From Callorhinchus milii (taxonomy: Eukaryota): 64,000 nt of DNA. Positions 1-12,760 of this stretch are shown here, one piece after another; the first letter of the stretch is position 1, and each line of letters opens with the position of its first letter. The position numbers and the translations under genes were made by a program. Where the stretch lies: assembly GCF_018977255.1 (NCBI RefSeq), contig NW_024704742.1:137950001-138014000 (forward strand). Direction: 5' to 3'. Below the pieces are notes generated by a model, which was not told where the DNA came from, did not search any database, and saw only the letters and a list, made by a program, of their open reading frames with translations.

Positions 1-2459
1 GTTAACAGCAGCACCACAATAACTTGCATTTATATAGCGCCCCTCACGTGGGGGCTGTGTCCCAGAGCGTTAAGTGCCCGGATCAGGCAGGAAAAGGGGT
101 GGTTCCCTGTATCACAGCCTCTAAACCCCGTTAGCAGACCCTCAGCAGGCAATGTTCAGGTCAGCCGGGTGCCCGACACAAGTGGAAACCCATCACTGCG
201 CTTAAGAGTATCCAAACCAACTGACTCCCACTTACATAAACATCCTTCGTACACGTGAAAATGTCACTGTGTTTGCAATGCGCACTCTCTGTCTCCCGGG
301 AGGATCGCACCCGGGTTACCCAACCCCAGAGAGCACTGTACGCAGAGTGGCAAGAACAACAAAGCACTTTGTGTAGCACTTCCCACGTTGGAAGAACCTC
401 CCAAGTCGCTGGACAGTCAAGGGTTTGCGCCAAGGTTTGGGGACCCCATAGTGTGTGTTGGGGTAACTGCTGGTATCTAACCGGCTAACCCACACAGCTT
501 GCCATTGAGAGCGCTGTCTGGCAAGCTTTCCCGCTGCTTGTCCAGCGAGGACAACCCTACCAGTTAGGGCTTTGGCTTCCAGGGTTAACAGGAGCCGAGG
601 GGGAAGAATCTCAGCTCCCACTGACCGGAAACAATTTAGATTCATACACATCGGGAGGTCGTCTCCATTCACTTGATGGAGAATACAGTGATTACATCAC
701 CAAAATATCTCACGGGGCTCTGTGCAGATTCGCTGTCAAGTGGGTTCTGTGGCTGAACGCGGCAGCAATTTGCGCAGAGCAAAGGGCCACACACACAGCA
801 GTGAGATGAATGGCAATTTATCGGAGGGATTGTCGCCCACGAAACCGGGAGAAAAGAGAGAAACTCCCATCACTTTTCCCACAGATATTTAAGGACCACC
901 TTGAACGGGTAAGTCTCCATCAGCGCGGCGCTCTACCCGCTTGCTTGAGCATCAGCCTGGACTCAAGAGTTTGACTTGAGGAATCGTGTGGCTCAATGGT
1001 TAGCGCGCTCGCCTCGCAAGCCCGCGGGCCCCGAGTCCAATTCCCGCGCAGGGAGAAACCTAAGGCAAATTTCTTTCCTCGCGCTCTCCGGGCTAATGGA
1101 TGCACAGCGCTCGCTCACTTGCGCTCACGCTCTACTGCAAAGCAATGCTGTGTGATCTCACCTCTTAAGTTGCTGGGTGTTGGCAATGCGGAGTGCCTCT
1201 GGCTCACACACACGCAGTGACCCAACTGCTCGGCGCTGACACACACACACAGGCTCACATACACCTGCAATGCTGTCTGATTAGCTCGTGGGAAGTTCGC
1301 CCTCCCCCTCTCCCTCCCCGAAATAGGGACAGGCCGTTCCTCCACCAACAGAGAGCAGGGCTGGGTGTGCTGACTGAGCCTCAGCCAACAGACTGCCAGA
1401 CCCTGACGTGATGCAGCGATGAGGTGTTGCAGACCATTGGTTGCCGGCGATGAGGCTGAGACGGAGGATTCTGAGCAACTCTCTCCTCATCCAGACACAA
1501 CTTCATCATATCATCATTCCTCCCCCCCCGACCGCCCCCGACCCCCCCCACCCCCGCCACCACCACACACACAAACTGCATCTCCTTATTACATACCCCA
1601 CCCTCCCCAGTCATTCCCTCCCTCCTCCTGTGCCTCTTTTCTCCTCTCTCTCTCTCTTTCCCCTCCTGTTCCAACCCCCTCTCTTCCGCCACCCTCCCCC
1701 CACATCTCTTTGCCCACCCCCCCTCCCCACCACCACCCAAACTCTCTCTTTCCATCACCTCCAGGCCCCCCCCCAACTCTCTCGCTCTCTCTCAGTCCCT
1801 CTCTCGCGCACTCTTTCGGTCACCCCCCTTCTCTCTCCGCCCCATCTCCTCAGACCCTCAGACCCTTGGATCCCCCTCACTCTCTCTCTCTCTCTTTCCA
1901 CCCTCTCCGGGTTCACACCCTCTCCCCACCTCCTCTCTCTGTTTCCCCCCCTTTCTCTTTCCCTCTCCTCCTATTCAGCACTTTTCACATCAGCAGTGCC
2001 AGACGATGCCTATACCCCGGAGTGGCTAAATGGGTAACCAGGGATGAGGGAGGTGGGTGGGCTCAGGGCTGTCGCTGAGGGGGTGGGGTGGGAGTGGGGG
2101 TAGAGTTAGAGGACTTGTCCTCCTGCACCAAGTGATTCACAACACGAGATTGAGTACAGATGAAACAACTGCTGTTACAGAGACCATCGCAGCAGATAAA
2201 CTTGTCGCAGTGATGTCCTGTCCTGTCGGACGCTACTCTGCGTGAAAGGCGCTATATAAATGCAAGTTGTTGTTGTTATTGACGAGCTGCTGATTCATTA
2301 CAAGTTCGGGGTGAATGTTGGGTGAGGAGTGGGGGGTGAGGGGGGGGGGAGGAGAGAAAAGTCTCCACAGTTTGTCTGGAATAGCAATGGAGGGCAGGGC
2401 AACATCAACCGGCATTATACAGCACCCTCTGTGAAGGACAGCGTCTCAGAGCCCGGTGA

Positions 2460-2970
2460 GGGCGTGGGGGAGAGAGGGGGGGAGGGAAGAGAGAGGAGGG
2501 GAGGCGAGAGAGGGGGAGGCGAGAGAGGGGGGAGGCGAGAGAGGGGGGAGGCGAGAGAGGGGAGGGGAGGGAAGAGAGAGAGGGGAGGCGAGAGAGGGGG
2601 GGCGAGGGAGGGGAGGGGGGAGGGAGGGGAGGGGGCGAGGGAGGGGAGGGGCGAGGGGGGAGGGGCGAGGGAGGCGAGGGAGGGGGCGAGGGAGGGGAGG
2701 GGGAGGGCGAGGGAGGGGAGGGAGCGAGAGAGGGAGGGGCGAGGGAGGGGAGGGAAGAGAGAGAGAGGGGAGGCGAGAGAGAGGGGAGGCGAGAGAGGGG
2801 AGGGGGCGAGGGAGGGGAGGGGGGCGAGGGAGGCGAGGGAGCGAGAGAGAGGGGAGAGAGAGGGGAGGGGCGAGAGGGGGGGGGGGCAAGAGCGGGGAGG
2901 GCAAGAAAGAGGGGGTCAAGAGCGAACGAGAGGGGGCGGCGTGGGGGTAAGAGAGAGAGCGAGAGAGGGG
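2460..2970 (+). repeat. Polypurine (G/A) tract
   Basis: Direct reading. Other low-complexity tracts: 1520-1980 (C/T), 7359-7960 (C/A), 15660-15880 (G/T), 24770-25290 (CA/ACTGTC), 26520-26760 (C/T) and 36560-37520 (GT). Confidence 0.9.
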
Positions 2971-3300
2971 GAATCACAAGGACCACCGGAACCATGAAGA
3001 CCGAAAGTGAACCTCAGCCCTGAAGAGGATATACGACAATTTGCATAAACAGGAAACCTGTGTTTCCAGAGACCTCAGAGACTGATTGCACTACTTAAAG
3101 GGGCACTGCCGTCCCCAGACCCGTCCCCTTCCCCTTTAATTTGCCAAAGATTCAAAAAAACACACATAAACATCAATGCTTCGGCATTGCGGCTAAATAC
3201 ATCCAGAGAGCGGTCAGTAGACTATTTGCGGAGACAGTGAACGAATTTGAACAAGCCCCCCCCCCCAACACTACCCCCCACCCCCCCACCTGATAATTGC

Positions 3301-3628
3301 GGAGTCCTGTAGCTCAGTGGTTAGAGCACTCGCTTTGCAAGTGAGAGACCTGAGCTCAATTCCAGGCAGAGGGTGAAACCTTGGGCAAGTTTCCTTACTC
3401 CACACAGAGCCTAATAATAATCCTCCAAAACCAAAAACAATAATAAATTGGTCATTTTCAATCTACGACTGTTTGTGGGACATTGCTGTGCGCAATTGGC
3501 TGCCGCGTTCGCCCACAAATATACAGTCAATTCACTTTACAGTGTGTTCTGTGAAGCGCTTTGAGACGTCGAGAAGACGTGAAAAGCGCTATATCAAATG
3601 CAAGGAGTGTTATTATTATTCTATTATA
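3301..3628 (+). mobile_element. Young tRNA-derived SINE, full length
   Basis: Head with A box (AGCTCAGTGG) and B-box-like GCTCAATTCC (family consensus GTTCAATTCC), Deu-like core (GTGCGCAATTGGCTGCCGCG), L2-like tail ending in (ATT)n. Near-identical copies occur throughout the window. Confidence 0.9.
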
Positions 3629-4219
3629 ATGTCGCCAAACCTGTTAACATCGACTTCAACCACTGGACAGGGGGTGAGGTTTAACGTCTCACCTGACGGA
3701 CGCTGTCTCTGACAATGCGGCACTCTCTCTCCCTCTCTCCCCCCACCCAGTGTCAACCTGGACTGTGAGCTCAGTAGCCCTGATGTGGGGCTCAGCTACA
3801 CACCCCTCTGATTCAGAGACTGACTAATCCAAGCTGGCAGCGTTATATCACGCTCAGCCAGATTCCCTCAGGACACTGTGCTTAAGAAAAACACAACCAC
3901 CACATCTTAACCAATAGTAGGGGAGAGGTGAACAGAGCCCTGTGCAAAAGTAGTTAGAATTATAGTATTACAGCAAAGGTACAGCCCATTCTCCCTATCA
4001 AGTCCAAATTGGTGCTCGCTCCCCCACTGGAGCTCTCTACTCTAACCCCATTCCCCACTCATCTCCCTATACAGATTTACATTATTCTTCAAGTACTAAT
4101 GGACGTTAAAAGATTCCATGGCACTATTTGGCTAACAATTCCTTAGATAAAAAATTGATCATTCGCTTCAAGGCTGTGGGATGTTGCTGTGCCCCATTAA
4201 CCGTTAACCTACACATACC

Positions 4220-4440
4220 ATAATAATAATAATAATAATCCTTGCATTTGATATAGCGCTTTTCACGTCGGGAGGACGTCCCAACGCGCTTCACAGAACA
4301 CACTGTAAAGTGAATTGACTGTATATTTGTGGGCGAACGCGGCAGCCAATTGCGCACAGCAATGTCCCACAAACAGTCGTAGATTGAAAATGACCAATTT
4401 AATTATTGGTTTTGGTTTTTTGGAGGGATTATTATTATAT
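4220..4440 (-). mobile_element. Same SINE family, 5'-truncated
   Basis: Reverse complement of the SINE 3' two-thirds. Confidence 0.85.
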
Positions 4441-7019
4441 ACCATCTCTATATCTTACAAAAAACCTCTGGAACACTTGTTGCTACCAGAATGAAAGTTC
4501 TAGCTTTCTTTCCTCAACAACTCGCACTGCGTCTTTCACACAGGATAAAGGTCTCAAAGCTTCACAACAACTCATACTCACAACAGCAACATACATTTCC
4601 CGTGGAGTAGAGCCTCGGAGTGCTTTACAGTTACAAATCTTAAAAACAAGTGGGGAGACGGGGAGGTGACCATAGGCGCGGTTGAAGACGGTCAATGCAG
4701 AGGGATTGAGGGAGAGGGTTTCAGAGTTTTGGGGTGTAGTGCCTGGAAGCACTGTGGAGTGGAGGGCACGAGGGACAAGCAGGAGGCCAGAGCCAGTTGA
4801 GCAGTGAGTGAAGGCTTGGCCAGCAATAGAGAAGGGCCTCACTGGCCAGGGGTAGAGATGGGTGTAGAAGAACACAGATTGTGAGGAGTTAACACAGGCA
4901 CAAGGCAAAAGGCATGAGGAGAGCCACAAATCCCCATCGTGCTGGCACACAACGTCAGCCAGGCCGCTCTGCTCAATGTTAACAACACAGTACTATAATC
5001 ACCCTGGAGTTTTGTTAAACAGTTGGCACTGAGATGTGGAGGGGAAAGAACTGCTCCAAGTGCTGCTGGGCTCAGGTAAAACCCATCACGCACTTCATGG
5101 CTGCTTGTGGGATATTTCACCGCCAAAATACGCAGTCAATCCACTTTACAGTATATTCCTGTGAAGCGCTTTGAGACATCTCAACAACGTGATAAAGAAC
5201 TATATTAAATACGAGGATTATTATTATTATAATAAGAACGGCTTCTCAACAAATCTCCCTTCTGCCCTGCACTGGACTGCGAGGTCAGAGTCCCCGACGG
5301 TGGGGGTGGAAAGGAGGGGAGAAGGGTTTAAACCCAGAACTTCCTGACTACAGAGATGAGAGCGTGACAGGCTGAGCGGGGCTGGTTCCTCACAATCCAT
5401 CATAAGTGAATAAAGCTCCCCCACCGTGAGTGGGTGACGGGCGGTGAGATTAGGGTTAGTGTTATGGTGGATGACAGGATTGGGAGAACGAGACCCGTTC
5501 CTGGATGTACAGAGTCTCACTCACATCCCTCAACACTTACCTCTTAGCAGACGAGTGTGAGATGTTGCCCATGGGCTGCAGGAAAGCCGTGCAAATTACC
5601 CGTGTGTAAGCCCTCCCTGTGACCGGCCTCGCGCTCCCCTTTTTTGTACACACTAAGCGGCTTACTCTTGTGAAGAGTCGGAACATTTTCCCTCTTCCTA
5701 TCTCTGTGTGTATGTCGGGGACTGACTCTCCACTGACTGGTTCCCGTCCCCACTCTCTCTCTCTGTCTCTGTGTCTCTCCCTGTGATGTGCAAACTTAGA
5801 CAAGACAGGAGTGAGCTGAGTCTACACTGATGGGGACTGATATTTATACTGTTCTTGAGGGCAATCCCCCTCCAGAGGGGGAAAAAAAAAACCACCACGT
5901 GCCCACATACCCGTGCGTTTTGAGTTTGCAGGATTCACGATGTACGGAGCCTGTCAAAGGTTAGCAGACAGACTCCAACAAGGCACTCCGAGCAGCAATA
6001 ACACGACTCTCAGCAGTTTGGCAGCCAGCCGACAGATTTCAAAATATAACCACTGACCTTTCCCCCACTTAGTATTTTTGGGTTGGAAATATTCTATTTT
6101 TTAATTTTCCGTCACTCCCACAATGTCTCAATACCCCTGACGTCTAGTGACTGTGCAAAGCGAGGTCCCGCAAAACGCCATGAAGTGAAAGCCCAATTTA
6201 TCTGAAGGATGATACCTCTGACAACGTAGCGCTCTATCCCAGAACTGCGCGGCAGTGTCAGCCGAGACTGAGCTCAAAGTAATGTCTTGGATTTTACAGT
6301 GTTTCTCCACCTCCAGCAGCGCAGTGGTGTGTCAGTGTGGACAAGCAATGAATCAGTTAGATCAGCCAGGGTCGATCTAATACAATTTATTAATAATCAC
6401 AATAATAATCCTTGCATTTGATGTAGCACCTTATCAGATCATCGAGATGTCTCAAAGCATTGTTGACTCTTTGTGGGACATTGCTGCACACAATTGGCTG
6501 CCACGTTTCGCCCACACAAAATACAAAGTTAATTCACTTTAAAGTATACTCTGTGATCGCTTTGAGACATCTCAACAACGTGATGAGGTGCTATATCAAA
6601 TGCAAGGTTAATATTATTATTTTACTGTTATTATATTTGACTGGGCACCCGAACTGGGGGTGGAAGCTGAGTGCGGGGGTGGGGGATAGATTACCCAAAG
6701 CACAAAGAACAACTTGAGATCCAGCACTGTGATAGCTTCCCTCGGCCTCTCACGCAGGGCAATGAACCAGCAGTTAGAATTAACCGAAGAACAATATGAG
6801 TCCTTCATCAGATTGCTGACAGTTACTACACTGCCCAGCGAGTCCTTGTAAGACGTTACACGTGGTGTATTAAATTAGAGGATTCTTACTACATTGTGGC
6901 CGGGTGTGGATGTAGTTGTGTTGAACAACCCTGGGTGTTCAGGGCAGCTTGTTGCAGTCTCGGGGTGGGGGTTACGCCGGTCTCCTTGGAGCTGAACTGG
7001 CTCCAGGGTGACCTGCTTG

Positions 7020-7333
7020 GCAAAGCAGCTCGTGTACTGTCCCGCACCAGGCTTCGGACCACATCACTCCCACCCTCGCTCGCCTCCACTGGCTCCCCAT
7101 CCCCCAGAGGATTGATTTCAAGATCCTCATCCTCACCTACAAGGCCATTCACGGCCTTGCTCCCTCCTACCTCTCCAACCTACTATCCCCCTACCTACCT
7201 GCCCGTACCCTCCGTTCCTCTGGCTCCGGTCTGCTCCACGTCCCCCGCCCCAACCGCCCTACCATCGGTGGTCGGGCCTTCAGCCTCTCAGCCCCGAGGC
7301 TCTGGAACTCCATCCCCCAGTGCCTTCGCCGCT
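7020..7333 (+). mobile_element. L2 3' fragment truncated by the gap
   Basis: Same family as 29520-30720; ends at the 25-N gap. Confidence 0.85.
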
Positions 7334-7358
7334 NNNNNNNNNNNNNNNNNNNNNNNNN
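7334..7358. other. 25-N scaffold gap
   Basis: Exactly 25 N with unrelated flanks; an L2 is cut at the left edge. Confidence 0.85.
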
Positions 7359-10300
7359 CCTCCACACACCCCCCACACACACTCCCCACACACTCCACAC
7401 ACTCCCCCCCACACACCCCCCACCCCCCCCCCCCCCACCCCCCCCCCCCCCCCCCACCACACCCCCCCCACACACACCCACACACACACTCCCCCCCCTA
7501 CCACCCCACACACAACCACAACACACCCCCCCCCACACACACTCCCCCCCCACACCACACTCCCCCCCCACACCACACACCTCCCCCCCCACACACACAC
7601 CCCCCCACACACACACCCCCCCCCCACACACACACATATCCCCCCCCACACACACATCCCCCACACACACTCTCCCCCCCACCCCCCACACACACACCCA
7701 CACACACACACCCTCCCCCCCGACTCCCCCCCCCACCACACTCCCCCCCACACACTCCCCCCCACCCCACACACTCCACCCCCCACACACACCCCCCACA
7801 CGCACACTCCCCCCTCCCCACCCCCACACTCCCCCCCCCCCACACACACTCCCCCCCATGCACACAAGCACACACACTCTCCCCCACCACACACACACAC
7901 ACACCCTCATACGCACATACCCCACCCCACACGCAAACCTATTCCCCCCCATACACACACGGTATCGCCCTTATTGTATTTCAGCTGCTGTGAGTTTTAT
8001 CAGTGATTTGTGTTATAATAACCAATAATCAATAACTATTATTAATAATAGTTCTTGCATTTGATATGGCGACTTCACACATTGTTGGGAGAGAATCCAT
8101 TCGTCGCAAAAGAGTTGGACAAATATTTCAAAAGGAAAAAATGTAAAATGTAAAAGTGTTGTGGGCGCAGGGACAGAGCTTTGAGGGGTTATTCTCTATA
8201 TAAATATAAGTTGTTGTTCGGGTCTCATAGTGAGACAAGACTTATGTTTAAAGTCTCATTTGGTGGTCGGCACCACCTCTTACTCTTACATTGCGACACT
8301 GCCCCCAATCCTACGCTGCAACTGGAGCTCGAATTTACGACCTCCTGACCGGATAAGCGCAGTGCTAAATGTCAGCGCTGTTGCTGTTGTCATCACTACG
8401 GGGACCGATGTGATGTGGTTTATGGCTGTCCTGCTGAAGTGGGTGAAAAGTGATCCGTGTGACTGATAAAGCACGATGGGAGTTTGCTTTTGAAGGTCAG
8501 GTCCACTTTGTTGTGTTCAGAAAGGCCCAGTTTGTTTGCTTAACCAGTGCATTTAAAGCTTCCAGACTCTGCTGCGTCAGAAGGTTGGAGATATTTTACC
8601 TTATCTGCGAAGTGTAAGTTATTTAAAAGAATCGACTGGTTACTGATTCAAAATGTGTTGCATTTATGTCCCAGTGCTTTGGTGTTTGTGTGTAATAAGG
8701 GGCCTTTATAGTAATAGAAATTTGGTCACTTGATCCACAACTGTTATTTTTCTCATTTTTACAATAATGTTTTTATAATCTTTCATAATAATAATTATTT
8801 GACTCTATCCACGACTGTTTGCGGGACTCTGCCGTGTTTCGCCCACAAAATACACAGTCAATTCACTTTGCAGTCTATTCTGTGAAGCGCTCTCAATTGC
8901 GTGATAAGGCGCTACATCAAATGCAAGGATTATTATTATTGATCAAGTCGGTCACTATTTTTAATTTATTCGGATAAATTAAATAAAAACCCTCTGGACC
9001 TTTTCGTTGCGGCATTGTCAGAGTTTAACATCAATGAGAAGTTAAACTGAGGTCCTGTCTGCCTGTGCAGGTGGATGTTAAAGATCCCAATACACTGTTT
9101 ATAAAGAGATTTCTTCCAGTTTCCTGCCAACAATCCTCCAGATAACATTGGTTGATCAACTCATGTCTGTTTATGGTTCAGCATATTAGCATGTGCAAAA
9201 TTGGCTGTGAAGTGCTTTGAGACTATCTAAAGGATGTGATAAGTCACTATATTCAAATGAAAGGTTTATTATTTGTTTTTTCTCTTAAATAACCATTTGT
9301 GATTTGCTCCGCATCCTAACAGCTCTTTGTATAGAAGTCAGAGCTTTCATCCCTCTGGGACGTCCTGCTGCCGTGAAAGGCGCTATACAAATGTCATTTG
9401 TTGTTGTGGTTTCTTGGTACTGCTAAAATACTGAACGTAATTGGGAAACACCAACAACCCGGGGTTGGGGGTGGGGAGGGGCGGAAGGTGGTTGGGGGTA
9501 AGGAAGGAAGGTGTGGGGTGGGGGGGAGATGCTGCTGTTGAGCAAAGCCAAAGAGAAGGTACTGAAAAGTAGAGCGAGAGAAGGCAAGCGGAGCTCCGTG
9601 GAGTTGGGGGTGGGAGGGGGTTACTGGCTGAAGACATACTTATATTGATGATTGGACAGAGGGAGAAACAATAACAAAAGACATTTACACAACGTCGCTG
9701 TGAAGCGCTCTGAGGCTCCATCCGGCGTGGAGGGCGCTATATAAATCCAAGTTGTTGTTGAGTGTGTGTCCGTGAAGGGTGATGGAGCCGAGGTATGGAG
9801 GCGCTGACGGGAGCCAAGCAGGAGAGCCTCGGTCCTGTTGACATTCAACTGTAGAAAGTTAGCTCTCATTCCAGGACTTGATGTCTGACAGGCGGTCTAT
9901 GAGCTCAGCAGTGGTCCTGGAGTCGAGGGTGGAGCGGGTGCCATCCGCACGCAACTGTGCCTCTCCTCCTGCCCTCCCCCCCTCCCCCCTTCACCACCAT
10001 CAACGATGGTGGCAGTGGAATCAGTTAATGGTTAATATAGTGATCTTTGCTCATGCTGCCCTTTCACCTACGTTCCTCTCTTGGTTGGTTGAGGTCAAGG
10101 TAAATGGGTGACGGTACACACTCTCTGTAAATACCATTTTTGTGGAGGTCTTTGTTTCTGCGGACTTTGTGCCACTTATCTGTTCGAGAGCCTGGAAAAT
10201 ATTTGAAGTGCAATTGGTTTGGGGGTTGGGGGGGGGAGGGAATGGGGCCTGGTTATCCCAGCGCTTTTGTACGCCCTTCCGGGATGATAGGCACTGTGCA

Positions 10301-10574
10301 TATTTAATTTGTTGTTGTTGTTATTGAAGTTGATGGTATCGTTCTTAAAATCAGTTGATACACTGTCGCTCTCGGAGTGTGGGATTGACCGGAGATGTTA
10401 GATATAGCTTCCTGCTGACAGTTGAAGGGACCTTGACTTGTGCCGTTGCTGGTCTGGTGTTTTCCTGCTGGTTTCTCCGGCTCTTCACATTCTCTCCTCC
10501 TCCCAGCAAAAAGTTCCAGGCTGTCGTCTCGTTGTGCGTGGACGTTGCGAGAGGGAATCGGTCACCATGTTTTA

Positions 10575-10890
10575 GTGGAGTCCTGTAGCTTAGTGGATAG
10601 AGCGCTCGCCTCGTAAGAGAGAGGACCCACGTTCGATTCTCAGGCGGAACGAAACCTTGGGCAAGTTTCCTTACTCCACATGCCTCTGGTTACCTTGTAG
10701 TCGGTAGTTAGTTGATTGGTGGATCGCTTTCTGGGGGTATTAATCCTTGACTGTATGTGGGACACTGCTGTGCGCAATTGACTGCCGCGTTTCGCCCACA
10801 AAATACACAGTCATTCCACTTTGCAGTATATTCTGTGAAGCGCTTTGAGCCGTCTCAACGACGTGATAAGGCGCTGTATCAAATGCACGA
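10575..10890 (+). mobile_element. Related SINE subfamily (head with ctCGTaa loop)
   Basis: Homologous head and tail with a different central segment; another copy lies on - at about 20460-20740. Confidence 0.75.
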
Positions 10891-11850
10891 ATACCCATCA
10901 CCGTTTCCAAACCAAGCCGAGAATTTCCTGCATCCCATCTATACACGGACATCCCAGAGATTTTGTTAGACGGGAATGTGCACTCTCTCTGGAGAGGTGC
11001 ATCCTGCTTACCTAATTCCAGAAAGTACTAGATGCAGATTGGCAAGAGCCGAGGCTTGGGGTAACTGCTGGAGTCTAACCAGCTAAAAACACATAGCTTG
11101 TCATTGAGCACTACTTGTCCTGTTAGGGCTTGCAGGGTTAACAGAAGCTGTGTGGGGTTACTCCCTGCCCTGCCCTGCCCTGCCCCCAGTGACTGGTTTG
11201 CCCGATGAGCCAGGCTGGGCTGCCATCAGCAGTGCCTCGAGTACTGTGAACCCGCCTGGCTCAGGACCCGGACTAGAGACCGCCACAGAGGGCTGGCTCA
11301 AATTCCGTCACTCCGTTGCAAAACATGTCACCTCGGAGCCAGTTTCAACCCTTTAAGGAGACCCCGTTTACCTCCTCCTTGTTCACCATCGCCTCCAAAA
11401 CCTCCACTTAAAACGGCTGTTCATCACTGCCGCAGAACAGCTGCCTCATTTGTCTCCGGCACAACACTCACTAGATTTTAAATATCCCATTCTGTGGAGC
11501 GTTCTGAGGCAGTTTGCCTTTATGTGAAAGGCGCTCTGCAAATGCAAGTGGGATGGTAGACAGCTGCTGGCCTCAGAAAATCACACAGACCAGGTCACAG
11601 GTTCAGATCCCACGCTGTGCTGAGTTAGCTGATCTCAGCGAGACAGTAATTACACTTGGCCTCAGTGCCCGTGAATCAGAGAGAGGGAAAAACACTACAG
11701 AGTAATGCTGTCCTGCTTTTGCTCTGCCAGGGCAGCAGGACACGTAGGCACAGCTTCATTGTCATGCCAAGCGCTTAACCAAGCTTTGTGTGGTGTAGTG
11801 ACTGGATTTCGCAGTTGAACGTGGCAGCCAATTTGCACACAGCCATGTGG

Positions 11851-12168
11851 TGTCCTGTAGCTCAGTGGTTAGAGCACTCGCTTTGCAAGCGAGAGACCTG
11901 AGTTCAATTCCAGGCAGAGGGCCAAACCTTGGGCAAGTTTCCTTACTCCACACAGTGCCTAATAATAATCCCTCCAAAACCCAAAACAATAATAAATTGG
12001 TCATTTCAATCCACAACTGTTTATGGGACATTGCTGTGCGCAATTGGCTGTCGCGTTTCGCCCACAAATATACAGTCAATTCACTTTACAGTCTATTCTG
12101 TGAAGCGCTTTGAGACGTCGAGAAGATGTGAAAAGCGCTATATGAAATGCAAGGATTAGTATTATTAT
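11851..12168 (+). mobile_element. tRNA-derived SINE, full length
   Basis: Matches 3301-3628. Confidence 0.9.
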
Positions 12169-12509
12169 AAGCTAGTGACTGATCTGATTTGGGGGATTGT
12201 CGGCCAGGACCCCGGGAGAGAGAGAGAAACTCCCACCTCTTTTCCAATGGCGCAATGCGGATCTTTAACGTCCACCTGAACAGGTAGACAGAGGCTCAGT
12301 TTAATATCTCATCCGAGGGCAGGGCGCCTCTGACAATGCAGCTCTCCCCCAGAAGATCAGCCTAGACCAGAGCTCTCCAACACTTGGAGTGTAAGAAGTG
12401 TCCACCAAACCCCCCACCAGCCCAGGGAATCCGTGTCAAATCAATGCCATGTCTCCAGTAGATACTGAGCCGTGATACCCAGGCACTGCCATAGGTGAAG
12501 GTAAACTGA

Positions 12510-12760
12510 ATAAAGAAAAATTAATTTTTCACACAGCGAGTTGTTGGGATCTGGAATGCATTGACTGAAAGACTGGTGGAAGCCGATTCATTAACAACTT
12601 TTAACAGAGAAGTAGATACCTATTTGGGGAGGACAAGTTTGCAGGGATGTGGGGAGAGAACGGGAGAGTGGGGTTGATTTGGAAACTCTTTTCAAAGAGC
12701 CGGCACCGACACGATGGGCCGAATGGCCTCCTTCTGTGCTGTATAATTCCATGATTCAGT
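12510..12760 (+). mobile_element. CR1 3' end
   Basis: ACGATGGGCCGAATGGCCTCCTTCTGTGCTGTA 3' terminus. Confidence 0.8.

Noticed and set aside
2150-2215. Ly6/uPAR-like CCDGLCN on the minus strand
   Set aside because: Spacing is one residue short of CCxxDxCN, no GPI signal in frame, and no other Ly6 exons were found.
3039-3046. Octamer motif ATTTGCAT
   Set aside because: Isolated 8-mer with no adjacent snRNA or Ig V gene; expected by chance.
3301-3375. tRNA gene (anticodon-like TGC loop, A and B boxes)
   Set aside because: No acceptor-stem pairing and it continues into a SINE body; it is a SINE head present in many copies.
6896-8006. Long Pro/His/Thr and Gly/Val/Cys ORFs (also 2329-2997, 36486-37807, 52600-53886, 62277-63539)
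   Set aside because: Low-complexity repeats and N-runs that lack stop codons; no coding signature.
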